Shown: positions 10,505 to 21,057, numbered from the stretch's first letter. The stretch is DNA of 64,000 bases from Promethearchaeia archaeon (GCA_029856045.1 JAHQWG010000016.1:256001-320000); one strand, 5' to 3'. The notes: generated by a model from the letters alone, not told the origin. A program made the numbers and translations.

Positions 10505-11512
10505 ATGTCAATAAATAGAAAAAAATTAGAAGCTTTATTAAGATGGTATTTTAATACTGTTGGAGAAGATCTTTTAGCTTCAATAATTGTGGATAGAGAA
10601 GGACTGGTTCTAGCCTCACAATCTCGAGAAGATAAAATTGATGAGGAAATAGTTGGTGGTTTATCTTCACTAATCGAGCCTGTGTTGAAAAGAATTACAC
10701 AAGAATTTAGTTCAGGGAATTTTGGGACAGGAACATTTGATACAGAGGAATATAGACTAATCTTTTGCGAAGCTGGAGAGGATGCTGTTTTTATCTCAAT
10801 CTTGGATGGTATTGCAATGATTGATCCCATTTTTCCCTATGCATATTTAGCTGCAGAAAAAATTGCAAGAATATTTGATGGTCGAGAGGTAAGTCCCGTT
10901 ATACCAAATCTATATAAAAAGGTTGGGTCAGAAAAAATTACAAAAAAAGAAGGAAAAATTCAACAGATTGGCGTGAAATCGGAAGAATATGCTTATAAAT
11001 TAATTCTTGGCGGAGAAGGTGGTGTTGGTAAAACATCTATGGTAATGAGATTTGTTCATGATAATTTCCAAGAAAGTTATAAAGCAACAATAGGCACAAA
11101 CATTATGAAAAAAGAATGTGAATTTATGGATTTGAATACAAAAGTTCGTTTCATCATATGGGATCTTGCAGGACAAGCTCAATTCGCTCGAGTTCGCCAA
11201 ACTTATCTACGAAATTCTGAAGCAGGATTATTAGTATTTGATGTAACGAGAAGAGATACTTTTAATAAAATTAAGAATTGGCATGAAGAAATATTAAAAG
11301 ATTCAAAGAAAACATCATTAGTTTTAGTGGGAAATAAAATTGATTTAATAGACCAGAGAGATGTAACAAAAGAAGAAGGAGAAGCACTAGCAAAAGAATT
11401 GGATCTCTCATATTTTGAAACTTCTGCGAAAGATGGTACTGGGGTAGATGACGCATTTAAAATGCTTGCACTCCAAATGATTGATAAATATATTATCGTT
11501 AAAGAAGTATAG
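10505..11512 (+). CDS. Roadblock/LC7 domain fused to a Rab-like small GTPase
   Basis: N-terminal IIVDREGLVLAS roadblock pattern; G motifs GEGGVGKT, TIG, WDLAGQ, NKID and ETSAK. Confidence 0.88.
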   Translation: MSINRKKLEALLRWYFNTVGEDLLASIIVDREGLVLASQSREDKIDEEIVGGLSSLIEPVLKRITQEFSSGNFGTGTFDTEEYRLIFCEAGEDAVFISILDGIAMIDPIFPYAYLAAEKIARIFDGREVSPVIPNLYKKVGSEKITKKEGKIQQIGVKSEEYAYKLILGGEGGVGKTSMVMRFVHDNFQESYKATIGTNIMKKECEFMDLNTKVRFIIWDLAGQAQFARVRQTYLRNSEAGLLVFDVTRRDTFNKIKNWHEEILKDSKKTSLVLVGNKIDLIDQRDVTKEEGEALAKELDLSYFETSAKDGTGVDDAFKMLALQMIDKYIIVKEV

Positions 11513-11518
11513 TAATAA

Positions 11519-11610
11519 AGCCTCTGGAGAGATTTGAACTCTCGACCTTCTGATTACGATTTCTGTGCTTAATAAGCATATCAGACGCTATACCGCTAAG
11601 CTACAGAGGC
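11519..11610 (-). tRNA. tRNA-Thr(CGT) with a 20-nt intron at position 32/33 (11560-11579)
   Basis: Acceptor stem GCCTCTG/CAGAGGC with U73, anticodon stem TCTGA/TCAGA, T arm GAGAG-TTCAAAT-CTCTC. Removing the BHB intron gives the loop UUCGUAA. Confidence 0.9.
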
Positions 11611-11690
11611 ATTTACATAAATATCTTTAAAAATTAAATAATTATAATTCTATAGTAGTTATAAATTTTTTTTCAGAAAAATACATTTGA

Positions 11691-12731
11691 GTGGCAATGA
11701 AAGGATTAACTCTCAAAGAACTTGGAGAATCGAAAATCATTGAGATTATCGAACAATTGATTTTTGAAAACACCGGTGAAAAAATACAAAATGATGATGC
11801 TTTTTTTATGGATTTGAAAATTAAAGGTAATCTAAATCAAAATTACGTTGTTATTAATACCGATATGCTCGTCTCTACTTCAGATGTTCCCCATCAAATG
11901 ACCCCCTTTCATATCGGACGAAAATCAGTTATTATGAATATTAGTGATCTACTAGTAAAGGGAATCACACCGGTGGCAGTAATTATCTCTTTAGGACTTC
12001 CAAATGATATGATACTAACCGATTTTAAAGAACTTATGATGGGAATTATTGATACTTGTAAAAGATTTAATTTGAAGTATCTAGGAGGAGATCTTAATGA
12101 GACTAAAGATGAAATAATTATTAACCCAACTGTATTCGGATTCGGACAAAAAGATAAAATAATCTACAGAAAAGGAATGAAAATAGGGGATATTTTATGC
12201 ATAAATGGCTGTTTTGGTCTTACTGGAGTTGGATTCAATATTATTTTAAATAAATTAGGAGATTTTTCTGATCCAAATTACAAAATAGCAATCGATTCTG
12301 TTTTAAATCCCTCAATCAGCCATATAGAAGGTAAGATTTTGGCAAAAAACAAATTAGCGACTGCTAGTATCGATTCTTCTGACGGATTGGCAAAATCTCT
12401 AAAAGAACTTACTAAAACAAATAATAATCTTGGTTTTGAAATTAACCTAAATGATGTCCCAACAGAAAAAATTGTTAAAGAATACTCTGAAAAATTTAAT
12501 ATCCCTTTTGAAAAATTAATATTTAATGGTGGGGAAGAATTTATACATCTTTTCACAATTGCCCCCAATAATTTTAATAAAGCCTTACAATTAATTAAAG
12601 ATCAAAATGGGTATCTTATACCAATAGGAAAAGTAATAGCAGAAAATAAAATTTATATTATTAAAGATGATAAAAGAAATGTCCTAAAAGATTTTGGCTA
12701 TGAGCACTTTATAACGGTGCATGAAAAGTAA
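11691..12731 (+). CDS. thiL: Thiamine-monophosphate kinase
   Basis: LGE..II, DDA, TDMLV, NISDL, GGDL, IDSSDGLA, GGEEF, C-terminal GYEHF. Confidence 0.92.
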   Translation: MAMKGLTLKELGESKIIEIIEQLIFENTGEKIQNDDAFFMDLKIKGNLNQNYVVINTDMLVSTSDVPHQMTPFHIGRKSVIMNISDLLVKGITPVAVIISLGLPNDMILTDFKELMMGIIDTCKRFNLKYLGGDLNETKDEIIINPTVFGFGQKDKIIYRKGMKIGDILCINGCFGLTGVGFNIILNKLGDFSDPNYKIAIDSVLNPSISHIEGKILAKNKLATASIDSSDGLAKSLKELTKTNNNLGFEINLNDVPTEKIVKEYSEKFNIPFEKLIFNGGEEFIHLFTIAPNNFNKALQLIKDQNGYLIPIGKVIAENKIYIIKDDKRNVLKDFGYEHFITVHEK

Positions 12732-12810
12732 AGTAATTAATAAAATTTTTATTTTGTTTAATATTATATTGAAATCAAATCTATAACTTCTAAAGAAAAA
12801 AATAATATGA

Positions 12811-12884
12811 GGGCTTGTGGCGCAGTCAGGTAGCGCAACGGGCTTTTAACCCGCAGGTCGGGGGTTCAACTCCCCTCAAGCCCG
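12811..12884 (+). tRNA. tRNA-Lys(TTT)
   Basis: Acceptor stem GGGCTTG/CAAGCCC, D stem GCGC/GCGC, anticodon loop CTTTTAA, GGGGG-TTCAACT-CCCCT T arm. Confidence 0.93.
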
Positions 12885-12969
12885 CTTAAAATCATCCTCC
12901 TAATTTAAAAAATAGACTTTCTCATGTCGATAAATTAATTAAATCATTATAATTTAAACAATAATAAGC

Positions 12970-13950
12970 ATGAAATTTCAAGATCAGCTCTTAATTAAAT
13001 CAGAATCACCAATAAACGAAGATTATAGTTGTAGACCTGAAGATCGGGATATCGAAACCTATATAAACTATGGAATTATTAATCTTGATAAACCAAAAGG
13101 ACCTACAAGCCATGAAGTGGTAACTTGGGTAAGAAAAATCTTAGGAGTGCAAAAAACTGGGCATGGTGGGACTCTCGACCCGAAAGTCACCGGGATATTG
13201 CCTTGTGCTATAGGTAAATCAACAAAAGCAGTCTCATACTTATTAAATTCAAAAAAAGAATATGTTTGTGTCATTTTCTTTCATTCTCCCATTTCAGAAA
13301 GACAAATTAGAAACTTATTTTCATTATTCACTGGAAAAATATATCAAAGACCTCCCTTAAAATCCTCTGTTGCGAGAAAATTACGGGTTCGGGAAATTTA
13401 TTATAATAAAATTTTGGAAATTCAAGGTCAATATGTTTTATTTAGAGTTGGTTGCCAAGCTGGCACCTATATTAGAAAATTATGTTTTGATCTTGGAGAA
13501 GCATTATGTAGCGGAGCCCATATGGTTGAGTTAAGAAGGACAAAATCTAGTGTTTTTGAAGAAAATAAAATATTAATTACCCTACAAAATTTAAAGGATG
13601 CAGTCACAATTTTTAGAGAGGAAGGAGATGAATATTATTTACGAAAAGTTATTCAACCTCTCGAGATAATCACTGAATCTTTTCCAAAAATATTCGTAAG
13701 AGATAGTGCTGTTGATGCACTATGTCATGGAGCAAATTTAACATCTCCGGGTATCTTATATGTTGATGCCTCAATTCAAAAAGGTACTGTAGTTGCTATC
13801 ATGACCCAAAAAAAAGAATTGATTGCTTTTGGAACAGCCTTAAAAAGTGGGATGAAAATTTATAAAGCAAATTCAGGTATAATGGTAAAAATCAATAGAG
13901 TCTTTATGAAAAGAAGAACTTACCCACGATGGACGGAATTCAAAAAATGA
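12970..13950 (+). CDS. cbf5: H/ACA pseudouridine synthase Cbf5 (TruB family with PUA domain)
   Basis: NLDKPKGPTSHEV, GHGGTLDPKVTG, AGTYIRKLC, DSAVDALCHGA. Confidence 0.96.
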   Translation: MKFQDQLLIKSESPINEDYSCRPEDRDIETYINYGIINLDKPKGPTSHEVVTWVRKILGVQKTGHGGTLDPKVTGILPCAIGKSTKAVSYLLNSKKEYVCVIFFHSPISERQIRNLFSLFTGKIYQRPPLKSSVARKLRVREIYYNKILEIQGQYVLFRVGCQAGTYIRKLCFDLGEALCSGAHMVELRRTKSSVFEENKILITLQNLKDAVTIFREEGDEYYLRKVIQPLEIITESFPKIFVRDSAVDALCHGANLTSPGILYVDASIQKGTVVAIMTQKKELIAFGTALKSGMKIYKANSGIMVKINRVFMKRRTYPRWTEFKK

Positions 13951-14573
13951 AAGATATAAATAATTCTCATTATTTTTCTAAATCCCCTCATTCAATCTTA
14001 AAAACTTATTCAATTTCAGAAAGTTTACGAGGACATTTGTATATATTTAAAACTTCCTCAGGGATTTTTAGCCATCGAAAAATTGATCTTGGAACGAAAA
14101 CATTTATAAAATACATGAAAATACCACCTAAAAATGCCTTACTTTTAGATATGGGATGTGGATATGGACCAATAGGTATTGTATTAGCGAAAGAAAATCC
14201 AGAAAGTACCATATACATGATCGATATAAACAGTAGGGCAATTTGGTGTGCTAGAGAAAATGTTAAAATTAATCATGTTAAAAATGTCAAAATCTTTAAT
14301 AATTCTTATTTTGACCCTATAAAATCTGAAAATTTAAAATTTGATGGGATTTATTCAAATCCTCCTTTAAAAAAAGGCAAAAAAGAGTTTTTAAATTTTT
14401 GTTATTTAATCCCTAATTATTTAAGAAAAGGAGGTACTTTTCAATTTGTTATAAGAAGAACAATTGGTGCAAAAAATATATTTGAAATTCTCTCAGATAC
14501 ACTCTCCGATATGGAAATAGAAATAAAATTTAAAAGAAGTGGTTATTGGATCTTTTTTTTAAAAAAAGGTTAG
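13947..14573 (+). CDS. Class I SAM methyltransferase (RsmC/MTS-like)
   Basis: SHYFS, GIFS...DLGT, LDMGCGYGPIG, SNPP. The ATG at 13947 overlaps the cbf5 stop; the track's start at 13929 is an alternative. Confidence 0.85.
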   Translation: MKDINNSHYFSKSPHSILKTYSISESLRGHLYIFKTSSGIFSHRKIDLGTKTFIKYMKIPPKNALLLDMGCGYGPIGIVLAKENPESTIYMIDINSRAIWCARENVKINHVKNVKIFNNSYFDPIKSENLKFDGIYSNPPLKKGKKEFLNFCYLIPNYLRKGGTFQFVIRRTIGAKNIFEILSDTLSDMEIEIKFKRSGYWIFFLKKG

Positions 14574-14650
14574 GGAAAGGAAAAATTTTTTAGATAAGGA
14601 TTATTTCAAAAATTATAAGACTATTTCTCTATTAAATTAAGTGATATCTT

Positions 14651-14908
14651 TTGGCTAAAAAAAAACTAGACGTCCTAAGGCACAACTTAGTCCCTAAACA
14701 CATCATATTAACAAAAGAGCAAACTAAAGATTTATTAAATAAGTATAAGATTAGAGTTGTTGACTTACCTCGCATTTTAAACTCAGATCCTGCTATTTTT
14801 TCAATTGGAGCAAAAGAGGGCGATATTGTCAAAATTTTAAGAAAATCCCACACAACCTTAGATGAAATTGAATATTATAGGTATGTAACTAAAGAAAAAA
14901 CTAGTTAA
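14651..14908 (+). CDS. rpoH: RNA polymerase subunit Rpo5 (RpoH)
   Basis: HNLVPKH, LPRI..SDP, GDIVKI.RKS, YYRYV. Confidence 0.96.
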   Translation: MAKKKLDVLRHNLVPKHIILTKEQTKDLLNKYKIRVVDLPRILNSDPAIFSIGAKEGDIVKILRKSHTTLDEIEYYRYVTKEKTS

Positions 14909-14966
14909 TATATAAATCTAAAATCTTAAATCAAGATTATTGTAAAATAAACTGCGTGAAGAAATA

Positions 14967-17900
14967 TTGAGTTTGGAAGAAAATTATTTAATAACCAATG
15001 AAGATGCTTGGTTAATTTTAAAAAATTTATTTAAAGAAAAAGGTTTAGTCCGTCAGCACTTAGATTCATATAATGATTTTATTGAGCATCAAATGCAAGA
15101 TATTGTAGAAGAGAGTTCTCAAGTGATACCTGATATCCCCGGATTTAAAATTAAATTCAATAAAATCCATGTTGGTCTCCCCATGATTAGGGAGGCTGAC
15201 GGTGCTACAAAAGAAATAACTCCTATGGAAGCTAGAATTAGAGAATTAAGTTACGCTGGTGATATTCATCTTGATATGATTCCAATTACCATTGATGAGA
15301 GAACTCAAAGAGAAGAACCTCAAGAAACGATAAAAATTTATATAGGCAAGCTTCCGATTATGTTAAAAAGTTGTCGTTGTCCCCTTCGAGAACTGACGGC
15401 TCAAGAGCTCATAAACAGAGGTGAAGATCCACTTGATCCGGGAGGTTATTTTGTTATAAATGGTACTGAAAGAGTATTAGTGACTCAAGAAGATCTTGCA
15501 CCAAACAGAATTTTAGCAGAAGTATCAAGTAAAAGCTCAAGCGCAACCCACCAAGCAAAAGTTTTTTCTACCAAGAATGGTTTTAGAGCACCTGTAACAA
15601 TTGAACGAAAAAAAGATGGAAATTTAAGAGTGTCTTTTCCTTCTGTACCAGGAAAGATACCATTAGCAATTCTTATGCGTGCTTTAGGACTTAAATCGGA
15701 TCGTGAAATTTTTGAAGCTATTTCTGAGAATTCGGAGATACAAAAAGAGTTAATTCCAGTAATAGATGTTGCATCAGAAATACAAGTTCATCAAGATCCA
15801 GAAAAATCTCTTCAAAATGCATTAGATTATATAGGAAAAAGAGTTGCGGTAGGACAAACAAAAGATTATCGTATTAAACGAGCTTGTCAAGTATTGGATA
15901 GATATTTATTACCACATATTGGTAATGAACAAAGCGATCGAATTAAAAAGGCATATTACCTTGGTCAGATGAGTCAGAAAGTTATGGAACTTTCATTAGG
16001 ATTGAGAGAACCTGATGATAAAGATCATTATGCAAATAAACGCCTTAAACTTGCGGGAGAATTATTTACTTCTTTATTTAGGGTTGCTTTTTTGAATTTA
16101 GTTAAAGATATTAAATATCAATTAGAAAGAATTGCGGTTCGAGGAAGAGCACCCAATATTAAAACTGCCGTAAGAGCAGATGTGATCTCTGAAAGAATTA
16201 GGCATGCGCTCGCCACAGGAAATTGGGTTGGTGGAAAAGCTGGGGTTAGCCAATTACTGAATCGAACTAATCATGTTGCTTCTCTGAGCCATCTTAGAAG
16301 AGTCGTCTCGCCTTTAAGTCGAAGTCAACCCCATTTTGAAGCACGAGATCTACATCCTACACAATGGGGGAAAATCTGTCCCAGCGAAACACCAGAAGGT
16401 CCTAATTGTGGCTTAGTTAAAAATTTAGCACTGGCATCAATAATTTCCGTAGGGACGGATGAAGAGATTATAGAACATATTTTAATTGATTTAGGCGTTA
16501 TCCCAATTGATGAGGTAAAAAACATAAAAGGAAATAAAATTAAAATATTTTTAAATGGAAGACTAATTGGAATTCATCAAAAACATAATCCATTAATAAG
16601 ACAAATAAGAGAAAAGAGAAGAAGAGGCGAAATTGACCAAACCGTTAATATTGCTTATTATAATGATTCAAATGAAATCCAAATAAATTGTGATGGTGGC
16701 AGAGCTACCCGACCATTATTTGTAATAAAGAATAGTGAAGTTTTAATAACTGAAGAAGACATAGAAAAATTGAAGAATGGAAAATATCAATGGTCTGATT
16801 TAATTGAGAAAGGCGTAATTGAATATTTAGATGCTGAAGAAGAAGAAAATGCACTTATTGCCATGTTCCAAGATGATCTAACTTTAGAACATACCCATTT
16901 AGAAATCTCACCTGCTGCAATCTTGGGTATATGTGCTTCAATTATTCCATTTCCAGAACATAATCAATCCCCAAGAAATACTTATGAAGCTGGAATGGTA
17001 AAACAAGCATTGGGTTTATTCTCAGCAAATCTTCACATAAGACTTGACACTAGAGGCCACACTCTACATTACCCTCAGATGCCATTAGTTAAAACTCATC
17101 CTATGGATATTATAGGTTTTGATAAACGTCCTGCTGGTCAAAACTTTGTTATTGCAATGATGTCTTATGAAGGATTCAATATTGAAGACGCTTTAATAAT
17201 CAATAAAGCATCTATTGAGAGAGGTCTTGCACGCAGTCATTTCTTTCGCACTTATGATGGAGAGGAGAGAAAGTACCCTGGCGGCGAGCTAGATAAATTT
17301 GAGATACCTGAAAGGGGAGTTAGGGGTTTTAAATCCGCAGAATCATACAGATTTCTCTCAGAATTCGATGGAATTATCGAACCAGAAACTCAAGTTGATG
17401 GTGGCGATGTATTAATTGGAAGGACTTCTCCGCCAAGATTCATAAAGTCTTATGGAGAGTTCGATTTATCTCAACCTAATCGCAGAGAAACTTCAATTAA
17501 TATGCGGCACAGTGAGAAGGGAATCGTAGACACTATCATCATTTCTGAAACAGTTGACGGAAATAAACTCGTAAAAATCAAAGTTAGGGATCTTCGGATT
17601 CCAGAATTGGGAGATAAATTTTCATCAAGACATGGTCAGAAAGGTGTTATTGGGTTAGTTGCAGCTCAAGAAGATTTACCATTTTCAGCAGACGGCATAA
17701 TTCCTGATATGATAATTAACCCTCATGCAATGCCAAGTAGGATGACATTAGGACAACTTTTTGAAGGTATTAGCGGGAAAATCGCATGTACTACTGGAAA
17801 AATCGGTGACGCAACAGCATTTGAGTGGAAGAATATTACTGAGTTACAGGAGTTATTATTGAAAGCTGGATTTGAGTTTAACGGGCGGGAGACACTATAT

Positions 17901-18347
17901 AACGGTATTACAGGTGAGAAATATGAAGTAGGTATTTATTGTGCACCAATTTATTATCAAAAATTGTATCATCTTGTTGCTGATAAAATTCACGCAAGAG
18001 CCCGAGGACCCGTGCAAATTTTGACCAGACAACCAACAGAAGGTCGTGCAAGAGAAGGAGGGCTAAGATTTGGCGAAATGGAGAGGGATTGTCTTATTGG
18101 ACATGGAAGTGCTCTACTTCTTAAAGAGAGATTATTAGATGAATCCGATAAAACAGTTGTATTAATATGTGAACGGTGTGGATTGCTTGCTGTATATGAC
18201 CGGAATCGTGACATGACTTATTGTCCAATTTGCGGGCAAGGCACTAAAATTTCAAGAGTAGTTTGTAGTTATGCTTTCAAATTATTAGTGCAGGAAATGA
18301 TGAGTCTTGGATTAGCCCCTAGATTAAAGTTAAAGGATAAAGTCTAA
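14967..18347 (+). CDS. rpoB: RNA polymerase subunit Rpo2 (unsplit RpoB)
   Basis: GLVRQHLDSYN, ETPEGPNCGLVKN, GDKFSSRHGQKG, GGLRFGEMERDC. Confidence 0.99.
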   Translation: MSLEENYLITNEDAWLILKNLFKEKGLVRQHLDSYNDFIEHQMQDIVEESSQVIPDIPGFKIKFNKIHVGLPMIREADGATKEITPMEARIRELSYAGDIHLDMIPITIDERTQREEPQETIKIYIGKLPIMLKSCRCPLRELTAQELINRGEDPLDPGGYFVINGTERVLVTQEDLAPNRILAEVSSKSSSATHQAKVFSTKNGFRAPVTIERKKDGNLRVSFPSVPGKIPLAILMRALGLKSDREIFEAISENSEIQKELIPVIDVASEIQVHQDPEKSLQNALDYIGKRVAVGQTKDYRIKRACQVLDRYLLPHIGNEQSDRIKKAYYLGQMSQKVMELSLGLREPDDKDHYANKRLKLAGELFTSLFRVAFLNLVKDIKYQLERIAVRGRAPNIKTAVRADVISERIRHALATGNWVGGKAGVSQLLNRTNHVASLSHLRRVVSPLSRSQPHFEARDLHPTQWGKICPSETPEGPNCGLVKNLALASIISVGTDEEIIEHILIDLGVIPIDEVKNIKGNKIKIFLNGRLIGIHQKHNPLIRQIREKRRRGEIDQTVNIAYYNDSNEIQINCDGGRATRPLFVIKNSEVLITEEDIEKLKNGKYQWSDLIEKGVIEYLDAEEEENALIAMFQDDLTLEHTHLEISPAAILGICASIIPFPEHNQSPRNTYEAGMVKQALGLFSANLHIRLDTRGHTLHYPQMPLVKTHPMDIIGFDKRPAGQNFVIAMMSYEGFNIEDALIINKASIERGLARSHFFRTYDGEERKYPGGELDKFEIPERGVRGFKSAESYRFLSEFDGIIEPETQVDGGDVLIGRTSPPRFIKSYGEFDLSQPNRRETSINMRHSEKGIVDTIIISETVDGNKLVKIKVRDLRIPELGDKFSSRHGQKGVIGLVAAQEDLPFSADGIIPDMIINPHAMPSRMTLGQLFEGISGKIACTTGKIGDATAFEWKNITELQELLLKAGFEFNGRETLYNGITGEKYEVGIYCAPIYYQKLYHLVADKIHARARGPVQILTRQPTEGRAREGGLRFGEMERDCLIGHGSALLLKERLLDESDKTVVLICERCGLLAVYDRNRDMTYCPICGQGTKISRVVCSYAFKLLVQEMMSLGLAPRLKLKDKV

Positions 18348-18482
18348 TAATTTTATTTTTGCTTTATTTTCCGTAATATCTAATCCTAAAAAAAAGAGAA
18401 TAAAAGACTGTTTTAATTTTTTTTAATTTTAAGTATTAAGGTTATTTTTAAAATTATAAAATGAGAATGAGTTGTGATATAA

Positions 18483-19343
18483 ATGAATAAAAAACAATTA
18501 TTTGGACAACGTGATTCTTTTCAAGAAACAAGAGTAAATGAAAATTACAAAAATCTTTCTTTTACAATAATTTTAGTGCAACCAGAACATTCTGGCAATA
18601 TTGGGAGCATCGCAAGGGTTATGCGCAATTTTGATTTTTTTAATTTAGTTGTTTTTAATCCCATTGAGCGTGAAGAACATATCCTTAGTTATGAAACACG
18701 GGGCTTCGCAATGCATGGTAAGGAAATTCTTCTAAATTCTGAAATTGTTGAGATTGGACCACCAAAATATCATACTTCTGAATTAAAAAATTATTTAAAA
18801 AAATTTGATTTAATTATTGCGACCACTGCTAGTGGTATGCGTTATACAAATCTTAGAAGATTAACAATATTCCCTGAAGACTTTTCCCTTCCTCTATCAA
18901 AAAAACCTCTCAATATTGCAATTTTATTTGGAAAAGAATCAAGGGGATTAACAAATGAGGAGATCAGTTTGGCTGATATTCTTTTAAGAATTCCAGCTAG
19001 TAATACCTATCCTACTTTAAATCTTTCTCATGCTGTAGGTATTATTTTATATGAATTTTATAAAAAAATAAATATTATAAATATTGGCAGAGGAAATAAA
19101 CCAGTATTATTAGCTAATAAGCAAGATCGCCTTATTATTTATAAAATCATAAGAAATTTAATAAAGCAAATAAAAGTCAGAACTCATAAAAAAGAAAAGG
19201 TATTTTATGCATTTAAAAACGTATTTGAAAGAGCAATCATGTCAAAAAAGGAATTAAATTTTATTCTAGGACTTTTTTCCAAATTAAATTCTATTATGAA
19301 TCACCTAAATATGGAAAAAAAAAAAAAGGAAATTTTGAAATGA
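18483..19343 (+). CDS. trmJ: SPOUT tRNA methyltransferase, TrmJ family
   Basis: LVQPEHSGNIGSIARVMRNF, FGKESRGLTNEEI, YPTLNLSHAVGIILYE. Confidence 0.9.
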   Translation: MNKKQLFGQRDSFQETRVNENYKNLSFTIILVQPEHSGNIGSIARVMRNFDFFNLVVFNPIEREEHILSYETRGFAMHGKEILLNSEIVEIGPPKYHTSELKNYLKKFDLIIATTASGMRYTNLRRLTIFPEDFSLPLSKKPLNIAILFGKESRGLTNEEISLADILLRIPASNTYPTLNLSHAVGIILYEFYKKINIINIGRGNKPVLLANKQDRLIIYKIIRNLIKQIKVRTHKKEKVFYAFKNVFERAIMSKKELNFILGLFSKLNSIMNHLNMEKKKKEILK

Positions 19344-19347
19344 TATG

Positions 19348-19791
19348 TTACAATCCGACACCTGTATAATTATATAACTCAGGGAGGACACAGTATATTA
19401 AAAACAAGAAAAAGAATGTTATCAGAGATATCCATATTGAATGCTCCCAGGAATCAGTGATCAAGAATTTCACTAATAAAAATAAAAAGAGAAAAGCTAT
19501 AACAGGTGCTAATTGTACTAGAAAATTTTGTCCTGATGGATATATTGCGGTTCGAAGTCCTGCCAATAAATCTCCAATCACGCCTAAGACCGTAGTAATC
19601 GCCCCAACGACAAGTGGAATGATCAAAACCATAATAAAGGCGATTAATAAAATCATCCATTTCTTATCAGATGCCCGTAATTTAGAATCAACTAATCTTA
19701 CAGCGATATATAAAATCAAAGCGACAATAACTGTTGCTAACACAAGCCAAATAATATACCATATAGTAGCTTCACTTATTTGAAACAGCAT
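19348..19791 (-). CDS. Multi-pass membrane protein, function unknown
   Basis: 147 aa with about four hydrophobic helices. Confidence 0.7.
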   Translation of the reverse strand: MLFQISEATIWYIIWLVLATVIVALILYIAVRLVDSKLRASDKKWMILLIAFIMVLIIPLVVGAITTVLGVIGDLLAGLRTAIYPSGQNFLVQLAPVIAFLFLFLLVKFLITDSWEHSIWISLITFFFLFLIYCVLPELYNYTGVGL

Positions 19792-19918
19792 TTAAGTTCA
19801 CTATTATTTTTAGAATTTATATATACATAATATCCATTGAAACTTTAAATTTCATACTATTTTTAATAAATTAAAATAAAAATTGACTAATTATTTCTAT
19901 TTAAAAATAAGTTTCACT

Positions 19919-20107
19919 TTATATACCAAAATTAACTAGGAAGAAGTGAATCCCAAAACCCAAACTAATTGAAGAAACAACTATGGTAATAATATATAAT
20001 TTAATAGAAACTTCTGTACTATATTTAACATATAAAACCAGAACACCCAAAAAACCAATACCAATTATAATTAAAATCCAAGCCCATACGTAAATTTGAA
20101 TTATCAT
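19919..20107 (-). CDS. Small 2-TM protein, Ost5/TMEM258-like
   Basis: 62 aa with two TM helices. The C-terminal SSISLGFGIHFFLVNFGI resembles the xSLFxGFGxLFLLLxxGIYV pattern of TMEM258/Ost5 as I recall it. Confidence 0.55.
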   Translation of the reverse strand: MIIQIYVWAWILIIIGIGFLGVLVLYVKYSTEVSIKLYIITIVVSSISLGFGIHFFLVNFGI

Positions 20108-20277
20108 TATATCATCATTGATTAAAAAAGATATGAAATAAGTATTATATCTATTTTTAATTTTTCAATTATATTAATTTTTTTTTATTCTTTAAAAGTT
20201 CAATAAAAGATAAAAATCAAATATTTTAAATTTCTATTTTATATTATTTCATAAGAATAATTTGAGGTTTAATTTAT

Positions 20278-21057
20278 TTGCATTTTATTACATCTATACT
20301 TCAAAATTCAATGCTGAAAAATCCAGCAGAAGATTATAAGGAAATCCACAAACATTTTACAAGATATTCTAAAGGAGAATTTACTGGACCAGTAATGAAA
20401 GTTAGATTCTCAGCTAATAAAATAACATTATCTGGGAGTTTTGAATATGAGGATTTTATCCAAGAATATGTAGTTTCCGTAATACCCGATAATGAAATTG
20501 AAGTGAAATTGGACATCCTTGCTGGGTCAGATTTAAGTGCAGTTTTTCCAAAGTTAGGTTTAGATTGGCAATTGAAAAAATCAACAGGAGAAATTAAAAA
20601 TTTTAAGGGTACATTTCAAGAAAAATTCTTTAAATCAAGATTTCTTGAGGTAATAAAAGAACTGAATAAATTTAGTTATTATTTTATCAATTTTAATGAT
20701 CAACAAGGATTTTCTGTAAAATGTAAAACAAAACCACCGCAACCATCTAAAAAAAAAATAACTGATAAAGAATTTGAAAAATTAACTAAATTTTGTATTG
20801 GTACAGTAAAAAACACAAAAAAAAATCAAAAGATTTTATATGAAAAATTAATCCCAGATTTTGAAGATAAAATACCTGAAACAATTAAAATAATTAAATT
20901 AATTAATATATATAAATTCAATAATATTATCATTCCTAAAGGCCTAAAAAACACCATTTTGATAAGACTTAAAGCAATAAGAGAAGGAAAATTAGTGAGA
21001 ACTATTGAAATTAATAATGATATGGAATATGAAAATTCATTAACTTTCTCAGTATAA
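20278..21057 (+). CDS. Conserved archaeal hypothetical protein
   Basis: HKHFTRYSKGEF N-terminal motif, IRLKAIREGK C-terminal motif, TTG start with GAGGT upstream. Confidence 0.65.
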   Translation: MHFITSILQNSMLKNPAEDYKEIHKHFTRYSKGEFTGPVMKVRFSANKITLSGSFEYEDFIQEYVVSVIPDNEIEVKLDILAGSDLSAVFPKLGLDWQLKKSTGEIKNFKGTFQEKFFKSRFLEVIKELNKFSYYFINFNDQQGFSVKCKTKPPQPSKKKITDKEFEKLTKFCIGTVKNTKKNQKILYEKLIPDFEDKIPETIKIIKLINIYKFNNIIIPKGLKNTILIRLKAIREGKLVRTIEINNDMEYENSLTFSV

